Virus record (IMG/VR): IMGVR_UViG_3300037478_000343
Span: 4,180 to 68,179 of that record
Origin: a virus
Strand: one strand, 5' to 3'
Length of the DNA stretch: 64,000 nucleotides
The notes under the pieces were generated by a model. That model did not search any database. It saw only the letters and a list, made by a program, of their open reading frames with translations, and had not been told where the DNA came from. The position numbers were made by a program, and so were the translations under genes. Positions 53,415 to 63,511 of the stretch are shown in pieces (within the stretch, counting starts at the first letter, position 1; every line of letters starts with the position of its first letter).

Positions 53415-54602
53415 ATGCCAGTCTTCAATCCCAAGCCAGCCAACAGCAAGTGGAGCCGGTACGACGTCTCGCCTCTCCTTGCTCTCGATCCAAGAAATGC
53501 GCCCCCTGCGCCAATCCCGAGTGCAGCAACCTCCGAGGGCGCGTTTGGGTCCCCGGCTCCGGCCGGGGGTAACCCAGCGTTCGGGCCGGTACCGCACTCG
53601 CCTCCGGGAGCGTTTGAGGCAACCACGAGCCTCATCGACAACCAGATGCAGGGCATCAAGAAACGGGACTCGGAGGGTAAGCCGTTCTTTAAACTGTGGC
53701 AGGAGAGTAGCGACGAGGACAAGGATGCCGTTGCCGATAATGTGGAGCAGGGATTCAAGGGCAAGAACATCGACATGCGTGAGCAGGCCGAGAAGATTGC
53801 CGGCGCCGACCCAGCCTCGGCCGAGCTGGCGGCACAGTTCGGATATGGTGGAAACAAGGCCGGAGCGTTCTCTGGTCCTGAGGGTAAGAAGCCCAGGTGG
53901 GATCGAAAAGCGTGGGGCGGATTCCTTATGGAGGCTGGCCTCAGGATTCTAGCATCCAACCGTGACGATGCCGGCGGCGCTATAGGCGAAGGTGTGCTTG
54001 GGACCATGGAGGCTCAAAGGGGTCGCGGAATCGAGGATGCCAACCGCACGGTCGCAATGGAGGAACTGGAGCGCGACAGGATGCGTGATGCCGCCTCAGA
54101 CAGGCGAGCGGAGAGCGCGGACCAGCGGGCCGGCAGAGCCGAATCGCGAGCTGACCGTCAGGAAGATCGTCTGGCCGAATCAAGCACGTGGAACAACCGA
54201 CGTATCCAGGCTGGGCTCAAGGACAAGACCCTTGAGAAGATCGTTGCCGAAGACGGCACCACCTACTACGTCGAGAAGAAGGAAGGGATGGTGCGTGACG
54301 AGGACGGTAAGCCGATCAAGGCCATGAACCCGTACACCCTGTCGGCCGCTCAGCTTGAGACCAACAAGCGAGCGCAGGCCCAGATGAGGGCAACGGAGTA
54401 TCGCAAGATCGAAACCGCCCTCGCTGACTTCGTGATGAATGATCCGGAACTGGAGGCCATTCAGGAGGCCACAGGCGACGATCGTCGGAAAATGATCGAC
54501 GCCTTGGTCGATCGGCGGGTAGCGAAGTACATGTCTGGCGGTGCGATGGCAACCGGCAGCGAACCCAGCGGAGAAGTCCTCGACTACAACGACTGGCAGT
54601 AA
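53415..54602 (+). CDS. internal virion protein (395 aa)
   Basis: ORF track. Coiled-coil/charged composition. Confidence 0.55.
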   Translation: MPVFNPKPANSKWSRYDVSPLLALDPRNAPPAPIPSAATSEGAFGSPAPAGGNPAFGPVPHSPPGAFEATTSLIDNQMQGIKKRDSEGKPFFKLWQESSDEDKDAVADNVEQGFKGKNIDMREQAEKIAGADPASAELAAQFGYGGNKAGAFSGPEGKKPRWDRKAWGGFLMEAGLRILASNRDDAGGAIGEGVLGTMEAQRGRGIEDANRTVAMEELERDRMRDAASDRRAESADQRAGRAESRADRQEDRLAESSTWNNRRIQAGLKDKTLEKIVAEDGTTYYVEKKEGMVRDEDGKPIKAMNPYTLSAAQLETNKRAQAQMRATEYRKIETALADFVMNDPELEAIQEATGDDRRKMIDALVDRRVAKYMSGGAMATGSEPSGEVLDYNDWQ

Positions 54603-54623
54603 AACAACAACAAGGCTGGGCCC

Positions 54624-57600
54624 ATGCCCCGTAACATCCGCATGCCGAACGGCGTCGTCATTTCGAACGTACCGGACGGTGTTAGCAAGCAGGAATTTCA
54701 AGACAAGTATATCGCCAATTTCGGGCAGGAGAAATGGCAGGAACTTGTTGCTGCGCCCGTTGCCGAGCAGATGCCGGCCGGCATCGCCGAGCCCGCTCCT
54801 GAGGTAGCACCGCCCCAGCCAACCGGCATGACCGCAGATGAGCAGATGGTCGCCCGTGACACGCTCGCGGTGCAGCCGGCCACCGACCCATCCCTGTCCC
54901 AGTTCGAGGACGATCCCGCCGGAGCCCAGCAAGAGCAGGGCAAACTCCAGCGCCGCCTGATCGATCTTGGTATCCGCAAGCCCGAGGACTACCACCTACC
55001 CGAGGAAGAATACGACAGGATCACGCAGGACCGCCTGCAGGCATCCATGGCGGCCCGGCAGGCCCCTGCTATGGAAGGCGCCCCACCAGTCGAGAGCGGC
55101 GGCGGCTGGGGCGACGAAGTCGAGGACGACCGCCAGAGAGGCTGGTGGAAACTTTTCAAGGAAACATGGAAACAGCTTCCGGCTCAGATCGGTTCCGGTG
55201 CCCGCATGAAGTCTGCCGCCACGGATCGCATGGCGGCCGAGAACACCACCATCGGCGGGCTCTATCTCGAAAGCCTGCAGGAGCAGTACGTCTCAGGAGA
55301 GGTGAGCGAGGGCGCCTCCCGAATGGCTGAGGATGCCGCGTCGAAGCATGGCATGGAGCCAGAGCAATACGCGGAGTACGTGGCCGGCCAGATAGATGCC
55401 GCCACCGCAGAAGAATTCGCGTCCATGGAGGACTACCAAGCGGCCCGCGAGCAGATCGAGGCGGTCAAGCCTCAGTCTGCGACCGAGGGCGGGTGGATTC
55501 CTCACATATCCTCGATGATCATCGAGAACACCCCGCAACTCAGCTACATCATCGCCGGTGTCGCGACCGGCAACCCGGCTCTGACCATGTCCTTGTTTGG
55601 TACCGACGTGTACGCACGCACGTTCGCGCAGGCCCGCTCAGAGGGTCGGGATGTAGGCGGGGCCGCGCAGGATGCGTTTGCGTCGACCGTGATCGAGGCC
55701 GCTACCGAAGGCGTACCAGTTTACAAGATTGCAAAGCTGATGCGTGCTGGCAACAAGGGCAAGGCAATGAAGCTGTTGTCCGGTGTGGGAACCGAGGCAA
55801 CACAGGAGCTTCTCGCAGAAGGCGGTCAGATTTTGTACGACTACGGCGTCCTCGAAAAGGAAATGACGTGGGGCGAGGCGTTCTCACGTATGCGAGACGC
55901 TGGTGTGGTAGGCGGTGTGCTCGGTAGCGTCGTGTCTGCGCCGGCCGCCGTGTTCGGTGACGACAAGATGGCGGACGCCAACACCGCCGTCAACGATGCC
56001 AAGAAGAAGCTCCAGTCCGTAATCGCTCGTGTACAGAACCCGAACGAGGCCATCAGCGCAGCCGAGGTTAACGAAGCGAAGGACGCCTACAAGAGCGCCC
56101 TCACCGGCAAGCGCAAGCTGGTCGAGGAAAGGCTCGAAGCCAAGAAAGAAAAGAAGGCTGCCAAGGAGAAAAAGAGCGAGGTCAAGGCCGTCAAGAAAAT
56201 GGCCCCGGTCGAGCGTACCCGTCACGACAAGCAGAAGAAGCAAGCAGAATCTGACCAGTCCGTAACCGGTGAGGTTACACCCGAAGACGTGCAGTCCGTC
56301 GAGACGCTGGAGAAAATCGGCGGGGGCACGATTACCGCCAAAGACAGCGATGCCCTGAAAGAGGTCATGGATCAAGGGTACGTGAAGGTCGCCAAGAGCG
56401 GAGCGCTTCTTGTTCTGCCGGCCGGGAAGCGTCGCATAAAGGCCGTACGCGACACCATAGAGAGTAATGCGACAGCAAAACCAGAGGTTGTCGAGCCGGT
56501 TGTCGAACCAGTCAAGACAAAGCAGCCAGCCGAGACGCCCAAGGTCGAGGCTACAGTCGACGCTACGCCGAAGGAACAGCCTAAGGTCGAAACGGATACC
56601 CAAATTGGGGACGTAGATACCCAAATTGGGAATGCTTTGCGCGGGAAGCGTATAGACGACGAGTGGACTGCGTTTTCTCCTGAAGCTGGCAGCCTCAATA
56701 TCCCGCGGGACCAGATGCCGCAGATCAAGGCAAAGCACCGCGGCGCGCTCACCAATTTCCTGAAGGCCCGAGGCATCGAAGGTACCGAGGCGGAAGTGCC
56801 GGCGTCGTCTCTGAAGACAACCCAAGTGGAGTTCTCCGAAGCCAAGGTCGACAAAGCGAAATCATTTACCGATAGCAACCGGGCCATCCTGGTGTCCTCC
56901 GATGGCTACGTGCTGGACGGCCATCACCAGTGGCTGGCGCAGGCCGACAAGGGAGAGGGCATTCGGGTCATCAAGCTGGATGCGCCGATGAGCCGCCTGA
57001 TCGAGGAGGCGAAAGCGTTCCCTAGCTCGGAAGCGTCTGTAGTTCCGACCTCTTCTGAGCCCGCTTCCGAGCGACAGGATAAGACCAACGATCGTTTGCG
57101 CGACCTACTGGACAGTGGGATGAGACGCTTCGCGATGGAAACCCAAGGTCAGGCCATTCTCGATGACATGCAGGAGTCCGGCACCTCGCCGGCAAGTGTG
57201 TCAGATACGTTCTGGCGCAAGACCTACTTCTCTCTGAACGCGCAGGCCCAAGCACGGTTTCAGCGGATGATGCGCGGGCTGGGATTTAAGCCAGGCGATG
57301 TCGGTAGCGTTGCAGCGGATGGCACACAACATACCCTCGACGATTGGGTTCAAGTGGGCCAATTTATCGGCGAGGACTTGGGGGAATCCGCCGAGCACCT
57401 AGAAGGCACCGAGCGCGGTTATGTTTCGCTAATGAAATGGGCGAACGATCAGAGCGCTGCTGCAGAGGCGGAGGCTGCTAAGAGGCCACGATTGACCGAG
57501 GGAGATAAAAAGCAGAAGACCAAGGCCACGCTGCCCGAGAAGACACCGACCAAAAAGAAGTCTAAGAAAAAGAAGAAGAAGACCACGAAGAAGAAGGGCG

Positions 57601-60600
57601 CCACTCCGGATGTTCCTCGATCACAGTTCAGCGTACCCCGTGCGAAACAGACGGCCCCAGATAGGCAGGTCGCGGTCGATGAATTCATGGGAGAGTTCCG
57701 CGACGGTACAGAATCCACCCCGCTGAACCCGGACGCCCGAGTACTCGACAAGAAGGCATTTATCGAAGCCCGCCCAACCCAAGGCGTGGTCTACATAGAC
57801 TTCTTGGCGTCTATCGAGCATGGCAAGGGACACGGCAACAAGGCTCTCAAGTACACCATCGACCTAGCAGATAAGCATGGCGTCGAACTGATGCTGACCG
57901 CGACGTCTATCGACACCAAGAATTTCTCTCAGGAGGATCTGGTGGACTGGTACCAGCGCAACGGTTTCCGTGGCACCAAGGTCATGATTCGCAAGCCTCG
58001 GGCCGGTAGCGCTACGTCGAACTTCCGTGAGATTGACTCGGCCAAGGATGGTCTGGGAAGTGTATCTAAGGCGACCATCGACGAGATGATCCAGAAGCAC
58101 TTCGCCCCTTGGTTCGGTCTGACGAACTTCCAGGTGGTGGAATCCGTCAGTGAGCTGCCCGCCATGGCCAGCCAAGAGATCAAACGCTTCGGCCTGAAGG
58201 TTATGGGTTTGTTCGCGGAAAGCGACGTCGACGGCAGCCCAACCATCTACATAGTGTCTGAGAATCAGTGGAGCACGCAATCCGCTATCCAGACCATCCT
58301 GCACGAGACCGTGGGTCACTACGGCCTGCAAGCTCTGCTTGGGCCGAAGGGCTACAAGAAGATGATGCGCACGATCCTGCGAGACTTCCCGTCCGAGGTA
58401 GCCGCGAACTCTGGAGTCAAAACGGACTCACTCGTGTTTGCCGGCGAGGTTGATAGGATGCAGCAAGCCGAGGAATTGGTGGCACGCGTCGCCGAGTCTG
58501 TCGTCAATGGCCACGAGCTGAACAAGAACCGTATGCGGCTGTGGGAGAGGGTGGTCGCAGCGATCAACATGGCTCTGGTGAAGCTGGGTATCAAGAAGAT
58601 GTCCCAAGCCGACCTTGGTTATCTGGTGCAGAAGGCGGCTCACTACGTTCGGACTCACCAGCAGTCCGACATCTCGATGCGCTCGCAGCAGGTCAGGCGC
58701 ATGAAGGACGCCATGCGTGCCATGGAGTTCGCAACCAGCGAGGCGGTTGGCAGTGACTTCAGCGTGCTAGACAAGTCCCGCGACAGTGACCCGGAACTTG
58801 ACCGGTTCCTGTCCAAGATTGGCCACGACCGCGGCTCGAAGCTGAAGCCGTTTCGCGACTGGTGGTCTACCAAGAAGGGTCGCATCAAGCAGATATTTGA
58901 GATCGAGATATTCGACCAGTTCGCCGGCATCAAGCACCTCGAACAAGAACTGGACATCATCGACTCTCAGGAGAGCGCGTACGTGAGCGTGCGCCTCACC
59001 GCCGGTACCGACACCATGATTCGAGCCGCGCTCGAGGACGGTGTGCCGCTCTGGGACAAGGACGGTGTGCCAGCCATCAAGAAGGGCACGCGAGGTCTGA
59101 TTGATATCCTGGCGCCGGTCGGTCAGAACGCCGAGATGCTGAAAATGTTCGAAGCGTTCATCGTTGCCAGACGAGCGAAGCACCTACTGGAGGAAAACCG
59201 AGAGAAGCTTCTGAGCATGGAAGAAATCGCCGCCGTCCGTAACTACGTCCGCAAGAACAAGCTAGAGGCACTGTTCAACCAGACCGCGCAGGAGATGGCT
59301 GAGTACAAGAAGGGCGTGCTGGACTTCGCGCAGGACGCTGGCCTTATCGACAAGGACTCCCGCGCTCTTTGGGAGCGGGCTGACCACGTGCCGTTCTACC
59401 GCGTGCTGGCCGACAAGAACACCGCAGGTCCGTTCGCGCACGCCAAGATGGGGCAGCTCGGGAAGGTCATCCACAGGCTTAAGGGTGGCACTGACGTTCT
59501 GAAGAACCCGCTTGAGTCGATCGTTCAAAACATCGCCATGCTCATAGAAGCGTCCGTCAAGAACAAGGCCATGGCCGATGTAGTGCGGAACTTCGAAGGC
59601 ACCGGCGCCATCACCAAAGCACCGCAGGCTGTCATCTCGTCTGCGCTGATTCCGCTCGGACAGGTGAGAACCATGCTGGATGAGGCCGGCGTGTCGCTGG
59701 ACGCCGTGGGGCAGGACCTCCTGACCGGCATGGCCAAGCTGATGTCGATGCAGCCACCGCAGGGGGACAACGTGTTCTCAGTCCAGGAGAACGGCAAGAA
59801 GCGCTACTACTACGCGCATGACGCCGGCCTGATGCGCGGAATGAGCAACATCAACCCGAACCAGTGGACCTTCCTGATGAAGGCGCTCAGGTTCCCAAAG
59901 AGGGTAATCACGCGCGCCATTACCCTTACCCCGGACTTCATCCTCAAGAACTGGTTCCGGGACATGCTGCACTCGTACGTGCTGGGCAGACACGGGACCG
60001 TGGTGCCGATCTACGACTCGCTCAAGGGTTGGGGCAAGGCCATCGCTCAGGACGAGACCTTCAAGGACATCATGTCCGGTGGGGGTATGTTCGACAGTGG
60101 CTACGTGAACGCGTCCGATCCGCACGCACAGCACATCGCCATTCGTCGCAAGGTGCTGTCTGAGGGCAGGGGAAATATCCTCGACACCCCAGAGAAGCTG
60201 ATGAACTTCTACATGCGTCTCGCGAACGGCGCGGAAAACGCCCACCGAATCATCGTGTACCAGAAGGCCCTGGAAAAGACCGGCAGCCGTAAGGCGGCTC
60301 TGTTCGAGGCCAGAGACATTATGGACTTCGCGGTCCGTGGCGCAAACCCTGCCATTCGCTTCCTGACCGAGACAGTGCCGTTCTGGGGCGCGCGCGTACA
60401 GGGCTTGCAGCGCACCGGGAAAGGATTCACTGAGCACCCGATCCAGACAACCCTGAAGGCCATTCCGATTGTATTTGCAAGCGTTGCGCTGTACGCCATC
60501 AATCGCGATGACGACCGCTACAAGGCATTGTCTGGCTATGAAAAGAGGCTTTACTACCACTTCTTCGACGTGTTTGAGCAAGGCGACACATGGCGCCTGC

Positions 60601-61607
60601 CGAAGCCGTTTGAAATTGGCGCCATGTTTAGCTCCGTGCCGGAAGTGCTCTCTGAGTACATTCTGAGCAAGGAACCAGACCGCGGCAAGCAGATGGGTGA
60701 GAGCATAGGCTGGATCGTGCGCGAGATGCTTAGCCTATCGCCAGACGTGCAGCTTATCCATCCCATGTACGAACTGGACAAGAACTGGAACGACTTCACC
60801 GATTCTCCGATTGTCTCCTACTGGGAGCAGCAGTTGCCGCCAGAGGATAGGTGGTCTCACACCACTTCTCCGTCCGTGAAATGGCTTGCGCAGAAAATGC
60901 CAGAGGGCGCGCCAGAGTGGTTTCGTTCCCCGAAGCAGCTTGAGTATCTACTCAAGGGATACTTCGCGTCCATGATGGACTACGCGCTGGTGGCGAGCGA
61001 CATGCTCTACCACAAGGCAAACCCGGATGAGCCTCAGCCACCCGTGCGCAGGCTGGACGAGACACCGTTCGTCAAAGCTTTCCGCCGCGAGGAAACCAGA
61101 AAATACGACAAGTACATCGGAGAGCTGTACGAGGTTCTTTCGGAGGCCGAGAAGATTCACAACGGCATCCAGCGCAACAGGAAGATGGGCACCGACGAGG
61201 GGCAGGCGAGGGCCAAGAAGCTGCAGGAGGAGAACCTGCCGCTGCTATACGCGCGCGCGGCGATGAAGCCGGCAAGCAAGGCACTCAGCAAAATCAACGA
61301 CGGCATCCAGCGCATCTATCGCCACCCAACCATGACGCCGGAGGAGAAGAAGGAGCGCATCGACGAGCTGTTGGAGAAGCGATCCGAGATTGCGCAGAAG
61401 GTGTATGGCTTCCGTCCTGGCGGCACTGAGAACAAATTCGAGGGAGGCGAGGAGGTAGAATCCATCATGGAACTAATCCAGCGTATCAGCGGAAAACCCA
61501 AGCAAGAGCAGGTTGATGACCTTATAAGCTCCAACCTTCCACACACGGCCATACTGATCCACGACATAAACATCAAACCGGAGAAGCTGCGTCAAGCGGC
61601 CACATAA
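54624..61607 (+). CDS. giant multidomain (polyvalent) internal virion protein, 2327 aa
   Basis: Contains a ParB/sulfiredoxin-like segment (NIPRDQMPQIK...VSSDGYVLDGHHQWLAQ), a GNAT-like segment (VVYIDFLASIEHGKGHGNKALKYTIDLADKHGV...WYQRNGF), an HEXXH zincin motif (QTILHETVGHYGL), plus Lys-rich linkers and long regions without recognisable motifs. Confidence 0.8.
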   Translation: MPRNIRMPNGVVISNVPDGVSKQEFQDKYIANFGQEKWQELVAAPVAEQMPAGIAEPAPEVAPPQPTGMTADEQMVARDTLAVQPATDPSLSQFEDDPAGAQQEQGKLQRRLIDLGIRKPEDYHLPEEEYDRITQDRLQASMAARQAPAMEGAPPVESGGGWGDEVEDDRQRGWWKLFKETWKQLPAQIGSGARMKSAATDRMAAENTTIGGLYLESLQEQYVSGEVSEGASRMAEDAASKHGMEPEQYAEYVAGQIDAATAEEFASMEDYQAAREQIEAVKPQSATEGGWIPHISSMIIENTPQLSYIIAGVATGNPALTMSLFGTDVYARTFAQARSEGRDVGGAAQDAFASTVIEAATEGVPVYKIAKLMRAGNKGKAMKLLSGVGTEATQELLAEGGQILYDYGVLEKEMTWGEAFSRMRDAGVVGGVLGSVVSAPAAVFGDDKMADANTAVNDAKKKLQSVIARVQNPNEAISAAEVNEAKDAYKSALTGKRKLVEERLEAKKEKKAAKEKKSEVKAVKKMAPVERTRHDKQKKQAESDQSVTGEVTPEDVQSVETLEKIGGGTITAKDSDALKEVMDQGYVKVAKSGALLVLPAGKRRIKAVRDTIESNATAKPEVVEPVVEPVKTKQPAETPKVEATVDATPKEQPKVETDTQIGDVDTQIGNALRGKRIDDEWTAFSPEAGSLNIPRDQMPQIKAKHRGALTNFLKARGIEGTEAEVPASSLKTTQVEFSEAKVDKAKSFTDSNRAILVSSDGYVLDGHHQWLAQADKGEGIRVIKLDAPMSRLIEEAKAFPSSEASVVPTSSEPASERQDKTNDRLRDLLDSGMRRFAMETQGQAILDDMQESGTSPASVSDTFWRKTYFSLNAQAQARFQRMMRGLGFKPGDVGSVAADGTQHTLDDWVQVGQFIGEDLGESAEHLEGTERGYVSLMKWANDQSAAAEAEAAKRPRLTEGDKKQKTKATLPEKTPTKKKSKKKKKKTTKKKGATPDVPRSQFSVPRAKQTAPDRQVAVDEFMGEFRDGTESTPLNPDARVLDKKAFIEARPTQGVVYIDFLASIEHGKGHGNKALKYTIDLADKHGVELMLTATSIDTKNFSQEDLVDWYQRNGFRGTKVMIRKPRAGSATSNFREIDSAKDGLGSVSKATIDEMIQKHFAPWFGLTNFQVVESVSELPAMASQEIKRFGLKVMGLFAESDVDGSPTIYIVSENQWSTQSAIQTILHETVGHYGLQALLGPKGYKKMMRTILRDFPSEVAANSGVKTDSLVFAGEVDRMQQAEELVARVAESVVNGHELNKNRMRLWERVVAAINMALVKLGIKKMSQADLGYLVQKAAHYVRTHQQSDISMRSQQVRRMKDAMRAMEFATSEAVGSDFSVLDKSRDSDPELDRFLSKIGHDRGSKLKPFRDWWSTKKGRIKQIFEIEIFDQFAGIKHLEQELDIIDSQESAYVSVRLTAGTDTMIRAALEDGVPLWDKDGVPAIKKGTRGLIDILAPVGQNAEMLKMFEAFIVARRAKHLLEENREKLLSMEEIAAVRNYVRKNKLEALFNQTAQEMAEYKKGVLDFAQDAGLIDKDSRALWERADHVPFYRVLADKNTAGPFAHAKMGQLGKVIHRLKGGTDVLKNPLESIVQNIAMLIEASVKNKAMADVVRNFEGTGAITKAPQAVISSALIPLGQVRTMLDEAGVSLDAVGQDLLTGMAKLMSMQPPQGDNVFSVQENGKKRYYYAHDAGLMRGMSNINPNQWTFLMKALRFPKRVITRAITLTPDFILKNWFRDMLHSYVLGRHGTVVPIYDSLKGWGKAIAQDETFKDIMSGGGMFDSGYVNASDPHAQHIAIRRKVLSEGRGNILDTPEKLMNFYMRLANGAENAHRIIVYQKALEKTGSRKAALFEARDIMDFAVRGANPAIRFLTETVPFWGARVQGLQRTGKGFTEHPIQTTLKAIPIVFASVALYAINRDDDRYKALSGYEKRLYYHFFDVFEQGDTWRLPKPFEIGAMFSSVPEVLSEYILSKEPDRGKQMGESIGWIVREMLSLSPDVQLIHPMYELDKNWNDFTDSPIVSYWEQQLPPEDRWSHTTSPSVKWLAQKMPEGAPEWFRSPKQLEYLLKGYFASMMDYALVASDMLYHKANPDEPQPPVRRLDETPFVKAFRREETRKYDKYIGELYEVLSEAEKIHNGIQRNRKMGTDEGQARAKKLQEENLPLLYARAAMKPASKALSKINDGIQRIYRHPTMTPEEKKERIDELLEKRSEIAQKVYGFRPGGTENKFEGGEEVESIMELIQRISGKPKQEQVDDLISSNLPHTAILIHDINIKPEKLRQAAT

Positions 61608-61609
61608 AA

Positions 61610-61975
61610 ATGAAATTCCTAGAAAAGATCGTACCGCCCGGTGACCCATTTGCAACGTGGAGATTCTGGATCGCCATGTTCGTAGTGATGTTGTCTTTAA
61701 ACGGCCTGTCGGGCCGGGGATCAATATGGGGTCTGGGTCAGTATGCCTATGCATCTGACGTACAAGAGCAAGGCCGAAAGATAGATCAGCAGGGTAAGAA
61801 AATAGACCGGATTCTGACCCTGCAAATCGCATCCACATTGCGCTCGTTGAGGCAGGACGAATGTCGGTCAAATGGCAACAGATCGGTCATTCAGTCAACG
61901 ATAGAGGATTACCAGCAGCAAATGCTATCCATCACCGGTAACCGTTACCCATTGCCATCATGTGAAAAGACGTAA
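61610..61975 (+). CDS. candidate holin/lysis membrane protein (121 aa, one TM)
   Basis: TM segment WRFWIAMFVVMLSLNGL. Immediately precedes, and is translationally coupled to, the lysozyme gene. Confidence 0.4.
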   Translation: MKFLEKIVPPGDPFATWRFWIAMFVVMLSLNGLSGRGSIWGLGQYAYASDVQEQGRKIDQQGKKIDRILTLQIASTLRSLRQDECRSNGNRSVIQSTIEDYQQQMLSITGNRYPLPSCEKT

Positions 61976-62397
61976 TGGACCAGCACCTACTCAACAGTAT
62001 CAAGCTGCATGAGGGGCTTCGTCTTGAGGCTTATCTTGATAGTGAGGGGGTATGGACGATTGGTTATGGCCGGAATCTTCAGGTACTGAAGATCACAGCA
62101 GGACAAGCAGAAAAGTGGCTTCGAGAAGACATCGAGACGGCACACCTTGAGGCCGAGAGATTCCCTGAATGGGAATACCTTAATACTGTGGCGCGCCGGA
62201 ATGTTTTCGTTGAAATGGTGTTTAATTTGGGAGCCTCTCGCCTGAGAGGATTCGGGAAGATGCTGGAGGCGATTCGCTCTAGCGATTGGGCAGAAGCCGC
62301 CGTGCAAATGCTGGACTCTAAATGGGCTCGGCAAGTTGGGTATCGAGCTAAGTCTCTCTCGGGGGTAATGGAATCCGGGTCTTATGGTAACAACTGA
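61975..62397 (+). CDS. endolysin, T4-type lysozyme (GH24)
   Basis: LHEGLRLEAYLDSEGVWTIGYGRN... aligns with the T4 lysozyme catalytic Glu/Asp/Thr region. ATGG overlap. Confidence 0.85.
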   Translation: MDQHLLNSIKLHEGLRLEAYLDSEGVWTIGYGRNLQVLKITAGQAEKWLREDIETAHLEAERFPEWEYLNTVARRNVFVEMVFNLGASRLRGFGKMLEAIRSSDWAEAAVQMLDSKWARQVGYRAKSLSGVMESGSYGNN

Positions 62398-62426
62398 CCC
62401 CAAACCTTGAAAAAACCGGGGTTAGT

Positions 62427-62723
62427 TCAAGGTTGCGCGGGCTGGGCTTGCCTGATCTCGTCTATCTGTCCATTGCAGCGGTCAATTGCCGAGTAAAGCT
62501 CGGCGGTTAGGTTCCACACGTCCTCGACCAGCGCTCGATCCGGGAACGGGGGCTTCTTGCAGGGTCGGGTGAGGCCCTCAGGCAGCGGCACGAACGCCGG
62601 CACAATGACCGGGACCGTATCCGTCCTAACGACCTGCCGAGTGCTTCCGCAACCGCTCAAGTACAGCGGGGCATGCAGCACCAATATCAACAGCAGCCAG
62701 TTCCTCGCAGCTCTGGTTTTCAT
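62427..62723 (-). CDS. o-spanin (Rz1-like outer-membrane lipoprotein)
   Basis: MKTRAARNWLLLILVLHAPLYLSGC... lipobox LSGC. Pro-rich, short (98 aa). Start embedded in the 3' part of the i-spanin gene in another frame. Confidence 0.55.
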   Translation of the reverse strand: MKTRAARNWLLLILVLHAPLYLSGCGSTRQVVRTDTVPVIVPAFVPLPEGLTRPCKKPPFPDRALVEDVWNLTAELYSAIDRCNGQIDEIRQAQPAQP

Positions 62724-63102
62724 GCTTCAGGTCCTCAAGCTCTCTCAGGGCTCCTGAGAGGCGATTTGCGGTATCCGCCTCCCGGCGGGACAGGTTTTCG
62801 GCGATCTCACGTACACGCTCATCTGAGGCAGTCAGTGCGCCGGCCAGGGCAATATTTGCCGAGCGTAGCTGCCCGATAGTGCCTTGGTTGGATTCGTTCG
62901 CGTCCTGACAGGCCAGCAGGTCACTCTCGGCAACGGACAGGTCGTCCTTCAGGTTGTCGATCCTATGCCCCTGCCACCATATCCAGAGCGTCAGGCCGGC
63001 CGCCACCGCTGCCACGATCAGCGACTTTGTTCCGCCCATGAACTTGGCCGCCGGGGCAAGCCGGAGCAGGAATGGGAGACGTGTCAGTATCCACGCGATC
63101 AT
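62626..63102 (-). CDS. i-spanin (Rz-like); start uncertain (63102 or 63039)
   Basis: N-terminal TM segment (LIVAAVAAGLTLWIWW), then a periplasmic coiled-coil with Cys residues. Overlapped arrangement with the Rz1-like gene. Confidence 0.55.
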   Translation of the reverse strand: MIAWILTRLPFLLRLAPAAKFMGGTKSLIVAAVAAGLTLWIWWQGHRIDNLKDDLSVAESDLLACQDANESNQGTIGQLRSANIALAGALTASDERVREIAENLSRREADTANRLSGALRELEDLKHENQSCEELAAVDIGAACPAVLERLRKHSAGR

Positions 63103-63160
63103 CCAGATATTCTATCATGGGTCATGTTAATATCTCTTGGTTTACACGAGAACCGTACCC

Positions 63161-63511
63161 ATGACCACCATAACTCCAGTACAAAATTCCTTGAGCAGCG
63201 CGGTGTACTTCGGTGACGCTGGCACCGGGGACAACGACGTTCTGATAGATGCTGGAGGCATCGCGGAGTTCGATACGTTTATGTTGTCTGTCGGGGCCGG
63301 AGTGGTGGATGTGATTGTACATGATGGAAAAAACTGGCTCACGGACCCTCTTTCTCTTGGCGACCTCGGGGCCGACGCCGCGGTTTCGGTCTTGGAAGCA
63401 ACGGCTCTTAGGCAGTTCTGCTTCAGGGGCAATTTCAATCGGATCAGGGTGCTGCAAAAGGGAGCAACGTCCGCCACGGACTCGGTGCTGCGCTGCTTCA
63501 GACTGAGTTAA
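63161..63511 (+). CDS. hypothetical protein (about 116 aa)
   Basis: Met-9 of track ORF 63137..63511. Convergent with the next gene; the two stop codons overlap. Confidence 0.4.
   Translation: MTTITPVQNSLSSAVYFGDAGTGDNDVLIDAGGIAEFDTFMLSVGAGVVDVIVHDGKNWLTDPLSLGDLGADAAVSVLEATALRQFCFRGNFNRIRVLQKGATSATDSVLRCFRLS

Noticed and set aside
53141-56887. Long minus-strand ORFs (288, 271, 313, 171 aa) across internal-virion-protein genes
   Set aside because: Antisense shadow ORFs with Pro/Ala/Ser/Arg composition.
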